Assembly (NCBI GenBank): GCA_016207925.1
Contig: JACQZB010000079.1
Coordinates: 1-40,896, forward strand
DNA from: Nitrospinota bacterium
GTDB taxonomy: Bacteria; Nitrospinota_A; UBA7883
Length of the DNA: 40,896 bases
Reading direction: 5' to 3'
The notes beneath the pieces are model-generated. The model saw only the letters and a program-made list of their open reading frames with translations. It made no database searches and was not told the DNA's origin. The position numbers and the translations under genes are program-made. This document shows, one piece after another, positions 29,159 to 38,353 of this stretch. Every line of letters begins with the position of its first letter. The stretch's first letter is position 1.

Positions 29159-29947
29159 ATGGCCTCCGAGGTCATCATTGAGCTGGTGGACGTGCACAAG
29201 GCTTTTGGGCCGAAAAAGGTGCTCACCGGCGCCAGCCTTAAAATCCGCCGTGGCGAGAGTATGGTCATCATCGGCGGCAGCGGCACGGGCAAGTCCGTGA
29301 CCATCAAGCACATGATCGGGCTGCTCCGGCCCGACCACGGCCAGGTGTTCGTGGACGGGGTGGACGTGCCCACGCTGTCCGAGGAGGATCTCAACGAGTT
29401 CCGGCGCAAGTTCGGCATGTTGTTCCAGGGGGCGGCGCTGTTTGACTCCTTGACCATCGGCGAGAACGTGGGGTTCGCCCTGCGGGAGCACACCAGCCTT
29501 GCCCGGCGCGACATCGAGCGCATCGTCACCGAAAAGCTGAACCTGGTGGGCCTGTTCAACGTGGAGAACCTCAAGCCCGCGGAGCTTTCCGGCGGCATGA
29601 AAAAACGCGCCGGGCTGGCGCGGGCCATCGCCATGGACCCGGAGATCATCCTGTACGACGAGCCGACCACGGGACTGGACCCCATCATGTGCGACCAGAT
29701 CAACGAGCTGATCGTGGGCTTGCAGAAAAAGATCGGCGCCACGGCGGTGACCATCACCCACGATATGGTATCCACCAACCGCATCGCCGACCGGATCGCC
29801 ATGTTGTATGAGGGCAAGTTCGTGGCGGTGGGGACGCCGGAGGAAGTTTTCGCTTCCACAGTGCCGGAAGTGCGCGAATTCTGCTACATTGGAAAGGTTA
29901 TCCGGGAGACCGAGGGTATCCATAACCGAGACCATGGACAGGCATAG
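29159..29947 (+). CDS. mlaF: Mla/Mce ABC transporter ATPase
   Basis: GGSGTGKS, FQGAALFDS, LSGGMKKR, YDEPTTGLDP. Confidence 0.95.
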   Translation: MASEVIIELVDVHKAFGPKKVLTGASLKIRRGESMVIIGGSGTGKSVTIKHMIGLLRPDHGQVFVDGVDVPTLSEEDLNEFRRKFGMLFQGAALFDSLTIGENVGFALREHTSLARRDIERIVTEKLNLVGLFNVENLKPAELSGGMKKRAGLARAIAMDPEIILYDEPTTGLDPIMCDQINELIVGLQKKIGATAVTITHDMVSTNRIADRIAMLYEGKFVAVGTPEEVFASTVPEVREFCYIGKVIRETEGIHNRDHGQA

Positions 29948-29953
29948 GGAGCC

Positions 29954-31450
29954 ATGAAGGGACTGGCGCCGGAAGTTAAGGTAGGGTTGCTGACGCTGGC
30001 GGCGGGCATCGCCTTGCTGTACATGTCGCTTAAAACCGCCGGTATCGAGTGGTTCGGGACAGGCGAGCGCATGGTGTTCTCCATGAGCTTCAAGTCCGTG
30101 GCGGGGCTGGAACTGCGCTCCAAGGTCAAGCTGTCCGGCGTGGAAATCGGCTATGTGGACGACATCGTGCTGGAGGACAGCCGCGCCCGGCTGGTCATCA
30201 AGCTCACCCGTGAGGCGCCCATCCGCAAGAACGCCACCGGCACCATCCTTACCTCCGGTCTGCTGGGAGAAAAGTATATCGAAATCATCCAGGGCACGCC
30301 CGAACAGCCCTACCTGAAAAACGGCGAAATACTGCTGCGCACCGAGGAGGCCGCCGACATTTCCCAGATGCTCGCCAAGCTTGGCTCCGCGCTGGACGAC
30401 GTGAAGGCCGTCACCAATTCGTTGCGTAACGTGTTCGGCACCATGGAAGGCGAGCAGTCGCTCAAGAACATCCTCACCAACATAGACGTGGCTTCCGGCA
30501 ACATGAAGCTGATCCTGGAGGAGAACCGGGTGGCCCTGCGCGACACTCTGGACAACTTCTCCACCATCTCCTCCTCGTTCGCCAAAAACGCCCCGCAAAT
30601 GGCGGAAAACCTGGAACGCGTCGCCGCCGGGCTGCGCGAGGTCATAGACCAGAACAAGGACAACCTCGCCGCCGGTGTCGCCAACCTCAAGGATATGACC
30701 GGCGAGTTCAACCAGATACTCAAGGAGAACCGGGAAAACCTGCGCGTGACGCTGGCCAACGTGGCCGAGGCCTCCGGCAAGGTGGACGAAGCGTTGAAGT
30801 CCATCCGCAACATGAGTTCCTCGCTGGAGAAAGTCACCGGCAAGATCGAGCGCGGCGAAGGCACCATCGGCAAACTGGTCACCGACGAGCAAGTGTACGA
30901 AAGCCTGAACAAAACGCTGGTGGGCGCGGGCAAATTCCTGGACAAGGCCGGCGACGTGCGTATCGCGGTGGGCGCCCGGGGTGAGTACCGGCCCGAATCG
31001 AAAAATTCCCAAGGCTACTTCACGCTTAAAATCATCCCCCGCGAGGACAAATACTACATGGCGGAAGTCACGGAGGACAAACGCCGCGTGGATTTGACCA
31101 CCACGCGCAACACCTTGAATTCGCTGCTGTACACCATCCTTATCGCCAAGCGCTTTTCCGACGTCACCTTGCGCGGCGGCGTTATCGAGTCCAGCGCGGG
31201 CGTGGGGGCGGACCTTAACCTGTTCGGCGACCGGTTCATCGCCAGCGCGGATTTGTTCAATTGGGACGGGTATGATAAAAACGCGGAATCAGCCCAGCTT
31301 AAGGCTCAGTTACGATGGAACCTGTACCGGTACCTGTACGTGTACGTGGGCGGCGACGAGTTGCTTAATGAGTACTACCGCACCTTCCTGTTGGGCGGCG
31401 GCATCCTGTTCGACGAAGACGACCTGAAGCTGGCTATCGGCCTGATGTAG
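29954..31450 (+). CDS. mlaD: MCE/MlaD family protein with long helical region and beta-rich C-terminus
   Basis: EVKVG + TM, VAGL..VKLSGVEIGYV, GLLGEKYIEI, GEGTIGKL. Confidence 0.9.
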   Translation: MKGLAPEVKVGLLTLAAGIALLYMSLKTAGIEWFGTGERMVFSMSFKSVAGLELRSKVKLSGVEIGYVDDIVLEDSRARLVIKLTREAPIRKNATGTILTSGLLGEKYIEIIQGTPEQPYLKNGEILLRTEEAADISQMLAKLGSALDDVKAVTNSLRNVFGTMEGEQSLKNILTNIDVASGNMKLILEENRVALRDTLDNFSTISSSFAKNAPQMAENLERVAAGLREVIDQNKDNLAAGVANLKDMTGEFNQILKENRENLRVTLANVAEASGKVDEALKSIRNMSSSLEKVTGKIERGEGTIGKLVTDEQVYESLNKTLVGAGKFLDKAGDVRIAVGARGEYRPESKNSQGYFTLKIIPREDKYYMAEVTEDKRRVDLTTTRNTLNSLLYTILIAKRFSDVTLRGGVIESSAGVGADLNLFGDRFIASADLFNWDGYDKNAESAQLKAQLRWNLYRYLYVYVGGDELLNEYYRTFLLGGGILFDEDDLKLAIGLM

Positions 31451-31514
31451 CGGCCTTGTTGACTTTGTTGAAACAAAGGCTTAACCTTTACCTAGAGAGT
31501 AGAGAGGTGTGGTC

Positions 31515-31802
31515 ATGCCCGTAATCGTGGACGCCAGTATCCAGGGGAAATTGAAACACCCCATAATGGCCAATGTCCTGTCGGACAACCAGAAAGCTGA
31601 TTACGGCCGGCCCGCATCGGGAACTACGGAGGCCACGCAAAAAAACGTTAACCGGTTGAGCCGCGAAAAAGGCATCTTCCCTATTCCGCAACAAGGCAGC
31701 ACCGCCCTTGAGGGGACACAGGTGGCGCTTGAAATGGGGCAGGATATCACCGTTTCCGTCCAACAGCAGTTCAAAGGCCGGAACATTAACGCTTTCGCCT
31801 GA
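31515..31802 (+). CDS. Hypothetical small protein
   Basis: RBS GAGG; upstream TTGACT-N17-TAACCT (31459-31487); ends KGRNINAFA. Confidence 0.6.
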   Translation: MPVIVDASIQGKLKHPIMANVLSDNQKADYGRPASGTTEATQKNVNRLSREKGIFPIPQQGSTALEGTQVALEMGQDITVSVQQQFKGRNINAFA

Positions 31803-31860
31803 ACGCGCTTCGGATTACAATTCCCGCCTTATCGGTTTATCGTCCATTTTCGCCAAGACT

Positions 31861-32718
31861 TTAGCGCGGGCGGACGATTTTTATTTCCACCAGCAACGAC
31901 ACGTCCACCGCCGGGGGCGAATTGGTCAGCGATCCCACTGAGATGAAATCCACCCCCGTCCGCGCATAGGCCCGGATATTGTTCAGGTTCATATTGCCGG
32001 AGGCTTCCGTCTCTGCCTGTCCGGCCACTAAATTGACGCCGCGGCGGACTTGGGGTGGCGTCATGTTGTCGAACATGATCCGGTCCGCCCCGGCCATCAG
32101 CGCTTCCTTGATTTCCCGCTCGCAAGTGGTTTCCACCTCGATCATTATGCCCTTGGGGATCAGGGCGCGGGCGCGGGCCACGGCGGGGCCGATGCCGCCG
32201 GCCACGGCGATGTGGTTCTCCTTGATCAGCGCCATCCCTGACAGGTCGCGCCGGTGGTTCTGGCCGCCCCCCATGCGGACGGAGTACTTATCCAGATCGC
32301 GCCAGCCGGGGATGGTCTTGCGGGTATCCAGGATCACCGCCCCGGTCCCCGCCACGGCGTCCACGAAACGGCGCGTATGCGTGGCCACGGCGGACATGCG
32401 TTGCAGGTAATTGAGCGCCACCCGTTCGGCGGTAAGGATAGCCCGCGCTGGCCCGGTGACCGTGGCGACGACGGCGCCCTTGGGCACGCGCGCGCCGTCG
32501 CGGAACTTAAGGGTCACGCGGACGCGCGGGCTGGCGAGCTTGAAGGTTTGCGCGAATACGCCGCCGCCGCACAGGATAAAATCCTGTTTGGCTATCAGCC
32601 GCGCCCGGCAGACGGCGGAGGCGGGTATGGTGGCGCGGGAAGTGATGTCGCCCCTGGGGGCGTCCTCGCGCAGCGCCGCGCGGATCACGCCGGAGGTGAT
32701 GGGGGCCGTGTCTTTCAT
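31861..32718 (-). CDS. nadC: Nicotinate-nucleotide pyrophosphorylase (carboxylating)
   Basis: ED..GDITS, AERVALN, DTRKT, NHR, IKENH, EVE, DNM, EASG. Confidence 0.95.
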   Translation of the reverse strand: MKDTAPITSGVIRAALREDAPRGDITSRATIPASAVCRARLIAKQDFILCGGGVFAQTFKLASPRVRVTLKFRDGARVPKGAVVATVTGPARAILTAERVALNYLQRMSAVATHTRRFVDAVAGTGAVILDTRKTIPGWRDLDKYSVRMGGGQNHRRDLSGMALIKENHIAVAGGIGPAVARARALIPKGIMIEVETTCEREIKEALMAGADRIMFDNMTPPQVRRGVNLVAGQAETEASGNMNLNNIRAYARTGVDFISVGSLTNSPPAVDVSLLVEIKIVRPR

Positions 32719-32794
32719 TCCGGGTGTTCCGTGTTACGATACATGAGTTAACTTTAGCAAACACCGCGCGTATCGCGCCGCAAATCTTTGGATC

Positions 32795-34164
32795 ATGGCC
32801 GTCAACGTAACCTTATGCGTCCCGCCGCAAGGCTATTTCGCCGAGCGCTGGCAGGACTCCTCCATGCCCTCCCTGGGTGTGCTGTACATGGCGGCGGCGC
32901 TGGAGCGCGAGGGTTTTGGCGTCCGCACGATCCCCGCCCAGGTGTTGAAATGGGGCATCGGCGACATCGTGCGCCACGTGGAACGGGAGAAACCGGACAT
33001 CTTCGGCCTGACCATCACCACGGAGAACCGGCTGGAGGCGTTCGACGTGGCGCGCGCGGTCAAACGCGCCCGGCCCCAAACGCTGGTCACCGTGGGGGGG
33101 CCGCATTGCCCCATGTGGACGGCGGCATGGTCTCCGGCGGCCCGCGGTTCAAAATACCCGATCTGGACGCGATTCCGTTTCCCGCGCGGCACCTTGAGGA
33201 CATGGGCCTGTACAACTTTTTCGTGGACGTGCCCGGCAGGGGCCGTCTGCCCGCCGCCAACGTGATGACCAGCCGGGGCTGCCCCTTTGATTGCAACTTC
33301 TGCGCGACGCCGGTCAACTGGGGCCGCAAGGTACGCGGGGCCAGCCCGGAGCGGGTGATCGAGGAGATCGAATCGTTGATGGAACGCTACGGCGTCAAGG
33401 CGATATGGTTCTACGACGACACGCTCAACTACAACCCAAAGCGGCTTGAAACAATCCTCGACATGATGATCGAGCGGCGGCTGGACCTGTCGTGGTTCTG
33501 CGAAATCCGCGTGGACGCCATGGACCGGCCCCTGTTCGACAAGATGGTGGCGGCGGGCATGTTCCACTTCGGGTTCGGGGTGGAAAGCGCCAACGAGCGG
33601 GTCTGCCGCGACATCATCGGCAAGAAGGCCACGCTCCAGCAGGCGCGCGACGTGATCGGGTGGGCAAACGCGATGAACGTCATCGCCAATCCGTTTTTCA
33701 TTTTCAGCCACCCCACGGAAACCTGGGAGGAGGCGCTGGAGACACTGGAATTCGCCGAAAGCCTGAAGGGGCGCGCCATGTGTTCCATGGCGATTTTGCA
33801 TGTGTATCCGTCCACGCGGCTGTGGGACCGCGCTCTGGCGGAAGGCAAAATCCCGCATGATTTCAGTTGGACCACGAAGGACGATCCGCGCGTGGTTGAA
33901 CTGCCGGAGGCGCAGGGGCATATTCCGCTGTACATGGACAAGCTTACCTGGTTCGAATTGTCCACGATCATTTTCCGCTTTTCCCAAAGCGCGCTAAAGG
34001 TGAGCCTGTGGAGCAAGGTGAAGAAGGCGGCGCGCCGGATCACCTCCTGGCGCCGCTTCAAGCAGTACTTCATCATGGGCTTGGCGCTGATGAAGCTCAA
34101 GCTGGGCCATTTCCAGGGCACCAGCGGTTCACCGCCGCGGCATGGCAAAGTCAAGGGTGTATAA
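32795..34164 (+). CDS. B12-binding domain radical SAM protein, interrupted near 33114
   Basis: PSLGVLYMAA..VGGPH in one frame; DLDAIPFPARHL..TSRGCPFDCNFC..FYDD..GVESA in another. The usual GEGE-containing linker is absent. Confidence 0.85.
34032..34107 (+). repeat. Direct repeat copy 1 (3' part of the radical SAM gene)
   Basis: Core 34057-34107 matches 35406-35456 at 48/51 nt. Confidence 0.9.
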
Positions 34165-34191
34165 TACCGTTGTCAATTGGAGGCGATCCCG

Positions 34192-34407
34192 ATGCTTTTT
34201 CATGTGACGTTGACGCCTGCCGAGGATGGATGGGTGGTGGCCGAATGCCCCGCCCTTCCCGGCTGCGTCTCCCAGGGCCGCGACGAAAAGGAAGCGGTTG
34301 AGAACATCAAGGAGGCCATCACGGCATGGCTCTGGGCGGAAGATCAGAAAGCCATGAAGTCCTTACCGGAAAAACCCTGTTCTCCGCAAGTGGTGGTGGC
34401 GGTGTAG
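34192..34407 (+). CDS. hicB: HicB family antitoxin (short form)
   Basis: EDGWVVAECPALPGCVSQG..EA.ENIKEAI; RBS GGAGG; TATAAT at 34160-34165. Confidence 0.88.
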   Translation: MLFHVTLTPAEDGWVVAECPALPGCVSQGRDEKEAVENIKEAITAWLWAEDQKAMKSLPEKPCSPQVVVAV

Positions 34408-34410
34408 CCA

Positions 34411-34632
34411 GTGGGAAAGCTGGCCAATATTTCCGGCAAACAAGCCGCCAAGGCTTTCCGTAAGGCGGGGTGGCGGGAGATAGGCCAGGTGGGCAGCCAT
34501 CTGGTGATGGTGAAAGACGGCATTAGGGCAAACCTTTCCATTCCACAGCATAAAGAGCTTTCCACCGGAACGCTCCGGTCGCTTATCCGCGCCGCCGGAA
34601 TGACGGTGGATGAATTCTTGAAGCTGTTATAG
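34411..34632 (+). CDS. hicA: HicA family toxin
   Basis: KAGW...QVGSHLVM, IPQHKEL..GTLRSLIR.AG. Confidence 0.9.
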   Translation: MGKLANISGKQAAKAFRKAGWREIGQVGSHLVMVKDGIRANLSIPQHKELSTGTLRSLIRAAGMTVDEFLKLL

Positions 34633-34720
34633 GCGGAAACCTTGCCGGGTTCGCTTGTCGTATGCTCCCCGCGCGGCGTATAGTAGTGGTAATAATTCAC
34701 ACTGACAGGGAGGCGCGCGC

Positions 34721-34957
34721 ATGGCAATAGCGGTTAAAAGAACCATATCCTTGCCGCCGGACCTCGCCAGGGAGGCGGAGGAAATCGCCCGGATTGAGGG
34801 CAAAACCGTCAGCGGCGTGATTCAGGACGCGCTCCGGGTCTCCCGCGCGGCGCGGTTACGCAAGGAGTTAAAGGGCATCCAGGGGTTCTGGAGCCGCAAG
34901 GCGAAAGAGCGTGGCGTTCTCACCGAAAAGGACCTTGAACGGTACCTGCGCAAGTGA
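34721..34957 (+). CDS. Ribbon-helix-helix (CopG-like) antitoxin
   Basis: RTISLPPDLA..IA..EGKTVSGVIQDALR; overlaps the PIN gene start (GTGA). Confidence 0.8.
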   Translation: MAIAVKRTISLPPDLAREAEEIARIEGKTVSGVIQDALRVSRAARLRKELKGIQGFWSRKAKERGVLTEKDLERYLRK

Positions 34958-35349
34958 GAGTGGTTTTCGATACCAACATATTCGTTTCCGCCCTGACGTT
35001 TCCCGGCGGGCGCGCCAGCGAGGCATTGCTCAAAGTGGTGGCCGGCGATGTGGAGCTGTTGGTGTCCAAAGCGATTATTCATGAGACGCTCGATGTCCTG
35101 GCGCGCAAGTTCGCCCGCGAGACGGAAAAACTGGCGCGGGTCGCCGTGTATCTGGCGGAACTGGGCACGATGGTTCGCCCCATACGGAGGATAACTTTGC
35201 TAACCGACGAACAGGATAATCGCATTCTCGAATGCGCGGTATCCGGCGCGGCTGATGTCATCGTCAGCGGTGATAAGGCTATCTTGAAATTGGGGTCGTA
35301 TCACGGTGTCAGGATCGTGACGTTGAAGGAATTCCTGGAAACCATTTAG
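34954..35349 (+). CDS. PIN-domain toxin (VapC-like)
   Basis: MRVVFDTNIFVSA and DEQDNRILECAV...ADVIVSGDK. Confidence 0.9.
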   Translation: MRVVFDTNIFVSALTFPGGRASEALLKVVAGDVELLVSKAIIHETLDVLARKFARETEKLARVAVYLAELGTMVRPIRRITLLTDEQDNRILECAVSGAADVIVSGDKAILKLGSYHGVRIVTLKEFLETI

Positions 35350-35381
35350 CGGCATGGTCATGTGTTGGTTCCATAAAGCCT

Positions 35382-35456
35382 GCGGCGGATCAGCAATTGG
35401 GCCGGTTCAAGCAATACTTCATCATGGGTCTGGCGCTGATGAAGCTCAAGCTGGGC
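35382..35456 (+). repeat. Direct repeat copy 2 (diverged fragment of the radical SAM 3' end)
   Basis: Encodes FKQYFIMGLALMKLKLG identically to copy 1; the three core differences are synonymous. Confidence 0.9.
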
Positions 35457-35457
35457 G

Positions 35458-35486
35458 TTGATATTTTGTTCTAATTAGATTATAAT
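35458..35486 (+). promoter_or_regulatory. Strong sigma-70 promoter for tcmP-DUF5131
   Basis: TTGATA-N17-TATAAT, immediately after repeat copy 2. Confidence 0.7.
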
Positions 35487-35563
35487 TAAAGCTAATTTCG
35501 CTGTATTTTTGCCTCGGTATCTAACTCGTAGCTGAATTATCTACAATAAGAAGGGCGCTTGTG

Positions 35564-36409
35564 ATGAGCGAGGTTCGCCTAGATGAAATAGGCCCTTGGT
35601 CAGAAGTAAAAATAGAAATAATAAGGAAATACGCATCTGCCTATACACAAATTCTATCCAAGCAGCCAGCTATCAAAAAGTATATTTACATTGATGGTTT
35701 TGCCGGAGCAGGGAAGCATCTAGCGAAGGGCACTGGCGATGAAATCCTAGGAACGCCGCAAGAAGCGTTAAGAATCAACCCGCCTTTCCATGAATATCAC
35801 TTTGTGGATTTGGATAAGAACAAGGCTGAATTACTCGCATCGCTTAAGCACGGTCGTAGCGATGTGTTCGTCTATAAGGAAGACTGCAACAAGGTATTGC
35901 CGGATCAGATATTTCCGAGAGCCAGGTACGAAGATTTTCATCGTGCCTTATGTATTCTTGACCCCTACGGGATGCATCTAAATTGGGAGGTGATGTACAA
36001 GGCGGGTCTATTAAAGTCCATGGATATATTTATCAATTTTCCCATTATGGACATTAATAGGAATGTTCTTAGAAATGATATTAACAAGGTTGCGGATGAT
36101 GACAAGGTTCGGATGACCAGTTTTTGGGGCGATGAGTCTTGGATAGACATCGGGTATCACGCTGGTCAACAAAACCTGTTTGGAGACCCATCCTATTTTC
36201 CAAAGGAGAAAAAACATTTGGTTAATGCGTTTCAGGACCGATTGAAAACCATCGCCGGATTCTCTTATGTACCCGATCCCATGCCGATGCTAAATTCATC
36301 GAACGCGAAAGTGTACTGGCTCTTTTTCGCCTCACAGCAGCAAGTGGCCGGCCACATCATTAACGACATCTTTCGTAAATATCAAACGCCAGAGAATAAG
36401 AAAAGATAA
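35564..36409 (+). CDS. tcmP: Three-Cys-motif partner protein (TcmP family, methyltransferase-like fold)
   Basis: GPWSEVK..II.KY, YIDGFAGAG, DCN, LDPYG, FWGDESW, YWLFFAS; AT-rich; coupled to DUF5131. Confidence 0.85.
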   Translation: MSEVRLDEIGPWSEVKIEIIRKYASAYTQILSKQPAIKKYIYIDGFAGAGKHLAKGTGDEILGTPQEALRINPPFHEYHFVDLDKNKAELLASLKHGRSDVFVYKEDCNKVLPDQIFPRARYEDFHRALCILDPYGMHLNWEVMYKAGLLKSMDIFINFPIMDINRNVLRNDINKVADDDKVRMTSFWGDESWIDIGYHAGQQNLFGDPSYFPKEKKHLVNAFQDRLKTIAGFSYVPDPMPMLNSSNAKVYWLFFASQQQVAGHIINDIFRKYQTPENKKR

Positions 36410-37131
36410 TGCCCGCACGCACAGCGATAGAGTGGACCGAATCCACGTGGAATCCCGTTACTGGCTGCACGAAGATCAGCCCCGGTTGCAAGCATTGTTA
36501 TGCTGAGCGCATGGCGAAAAGACTGAAAGCCATGGGGCAGCATAATTATCGTAATGGTTTTGAGATCACGATCCATGAACATGCCTTGCATGCGCCCATC
36601 AAAATTAAAAAGCCCCAAACCATTTTTGTGAACTCAATGTCGGATTTGTTCCACAACAGGGTTCCCCTGGATTTCATAAAAAATGTTTTCGCTACGATGA
36701 ATCTGACCCCGCATCATTGCTATCAGGTGCTCACCAAGCGTTCGGGCCGCTTGCGGGAATTGAATGCTACCCTTGAATGGGCGCCAAATATTTGGATGGG
36801 GGTCAGCGTGGAAAACGGGGAGTATATTCATCGTATAGATGATTTACGGGAAACGGATGCCCACACTAAATTTCTTTCGATAGAACCTTTGCTAGGGCCG
36901 ATCCCCAACCTTGAATTATCCGGAATAGATTGGGTGATTGTGGGAGGCGAATCAGGGCCCAAGGCTAGGCTCATGGAAAAGTCGTGGGTAACGGGTATTC
37001 GAGATCAATGCGAGAGGGCCAACGTACCCTTCTTTTTCAAGCAATGGGGTGGTGTGAACAAGAAAAAAGCGGGCCGCACTCTTGATGGTAAAATATGGGA
37101 TGCGATGCCCGTGGCGGCATGTATAGCTTGA
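36409..37131 (+). CDS. DUF5131 / phage Gp37-Gp68 family protein (radical SAM-like Cx6Cx2C)
   Basis: IEWT..TWNPVTGCTKISPGCKHCYAE, FVNSMSDLFH, LTKR, SIEPLLG, WVIVGGESG, FFKQWGG. Confidence 0.93.
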   Translation: MPARTAIEWTESTWNPVTGCTKISPGCKHCYAERMAKRLKAMGQHNYRNGFEITIHEHALHAPIKIKKPQTIFVNSMSDLFHNRVPLDFIKNVFATMNLTPHHCYQVLTKRSGRLRELNATLEWAPNIWMGVSVENGEYIHRIDDLRETDAHTKFLSIEPLLGPIPNLELSGIDWVIVGGESGPKARLMEKSWVTGIRDQCERANVPFFFKQWGGVNKKKAGRTLDGKIWDAMPVAACIA

Positions 37132-38307
37132 ATGCGCCTTCTTCTAATCGCCCCTCAACCCTTCTTCGAGCCGCGCGGCACGCCGATCAACGTGCGCCTG
37201 ATGACCAAGGCGCTTGTCGAACTGGGCCATGACGTGGACCTGGCCGTGTTCCCCCATGGGCAGGAGGTGGACATCCCCGGCGTAACCATTATCCATGCGC
37301 CCAAAATCCCCGGCGTGGGCAAGGCGCCCATCGGCCCCTCGTGGCAAAAGCTGGTGTACGACATCGCGCTGGCCGAAAAAATCCTGCTCCGCCTGCTCAC
37401 GCGCCGCTACGACGTGATCCATGGCGTCGAGGAGGGCGCGTTCATGGCCTGGCTGTTCGCCAGGCTGATCCGCGCCAAGTTCGTGTTCGATATGGACTCG
37501 CACCTAACCGACCAGTTGCGTTACAGCCGGTTCCTTTCCAATCGCGTACTGCTGTGGCTGGCGGAGAAAATGGAGTCCGCCGCCCTGCGATCCGCTGATT
37601 CAGTCATCACCGTGTGCCCCTACTTAACAGACGTGGCGAAGCGATACGCCGATCCTTTGCGTGTGTTCCAGGTGGAGGACATTCCACAGGAGTTCCCGCC
37701 TCCGCCCGCGGGGCATACGCAGGAGTCGTTGCGCGCCGAGTTGGGTATCCCCCACGGCGCCTTGGTGGCGTTGTACACCGGCAACCTGGAAAAGTATCAG
37801 GGAATTGACTTGCTGATGGAGTCCATTCCGGAGGTGATCGCCGGATCGCCCCCGGCGACGGTGTTCGTGATCGTGGGCGGGCCGGCGGCGGCGGTGACGC
37901 ATTACCAGGCGCGGGCGGAGGCGCTGGGGATCGCGCCGCATGTACGCCTCGCCGGGCCGCGCCCCTTGTCCCACATGCCGCTGTATTACGAAATGGCGGA
38001 CATTCTGCTGTCCCCCCGCATGGAGGGGACGAACACGCCGCTTAAAATTTACACTTACCTGGCTACCGGCAAACCCATTGTAGCTACGGCGCTTGCCACC
38101 CATACGCAACTGCTGGCCAGTGACCTGGCCCAGCTTGCCACGCCTGAAAAGGTGGATTATGCCCGCGCCATTTTGTTACTATTAAATGATGCGGAGCGCC
38201 GCCGCGCGCTGGGCGAGGCGGGCAGGCGTTTCGTGGAATCCCGCTACAACTACGATACGTTCCGGCGGAAGATCGGTCAGGCATACGAGCCTTTGGGCCG
38301 CGAGTGA
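37132..38307 (+). CDS. Glycosyltransferase family 4 (GT-B)
   Basis: PQPFFEPRGTP, YTGNLEKYQGIDLL, SPR..GTNTPLKIY.YLA.GKPIVAT. Confidence 0.9.
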   Translation: MRLLLIAPQPFFEPRGTPINVRLMTKALVELGHDVDLAVFPHGQEVDIPGVTIIHAPKIPGVGKAPIGPSWQKLVYDIALAEKILLRLLTRRYDVIHGVEEGAFMAWLFARLIRAKFVFDMDSHLTDQLRYSRFLSNRVLLWLAEKMESAALRSADSVITVCPYLTDVAKRYADPLRVFQVEDIPQEFPPPPAGHTQESLRAELGIPHGALVALYTGNLEKYQGIDLLMESIPEVIAGSPPATVFVIVGGPAAAVTHYQARAEALGIAPHVRLAGPRPLSHMPLYYEMADILLSPRMEGTNTPLKIYTYLATGKPIVATALATHTQLLASDLAQLATPEKVDYARAILLLLNDAERRRALGEAGRRFVESRYNYDTFRRKIGQAYEPLGRE

Positions 38308-38327
38308 GCGGCAAGGAAAGCGTCAGG

Positions 38328-38353
38328 GGGGCTTGGGACAAGCCCCTTTTTTT
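38328..38353 (+). terminator. Intrinsic terminator-like hairpin abutting the next start codon
   Basis: GGGGCTTG-gga-CAAGCCCC-T7, followed directly by ATG 38354. Confidence 0.6.

Noticed and set aside
28343-31012. 889-aa minus-strand ORF (likewise 10981-12669 and 18614-20293)
   Set aside because: Antisense shadows of mlaEFD, korA and dnaB caused by high-GC codon bias.
33100-33130. Programmed ribosomal frameshift in the B12 radical SAM gene
   Set aside because: No slippery sequence, and conserved residues are missing, which indicates a deletion rather than recoding.
34032-35456. CRISPR array or prophage att sites
   Set aside because: Only two diverged copies of coding sequence; no spacers, cas genes, integrase or phage structural genes.
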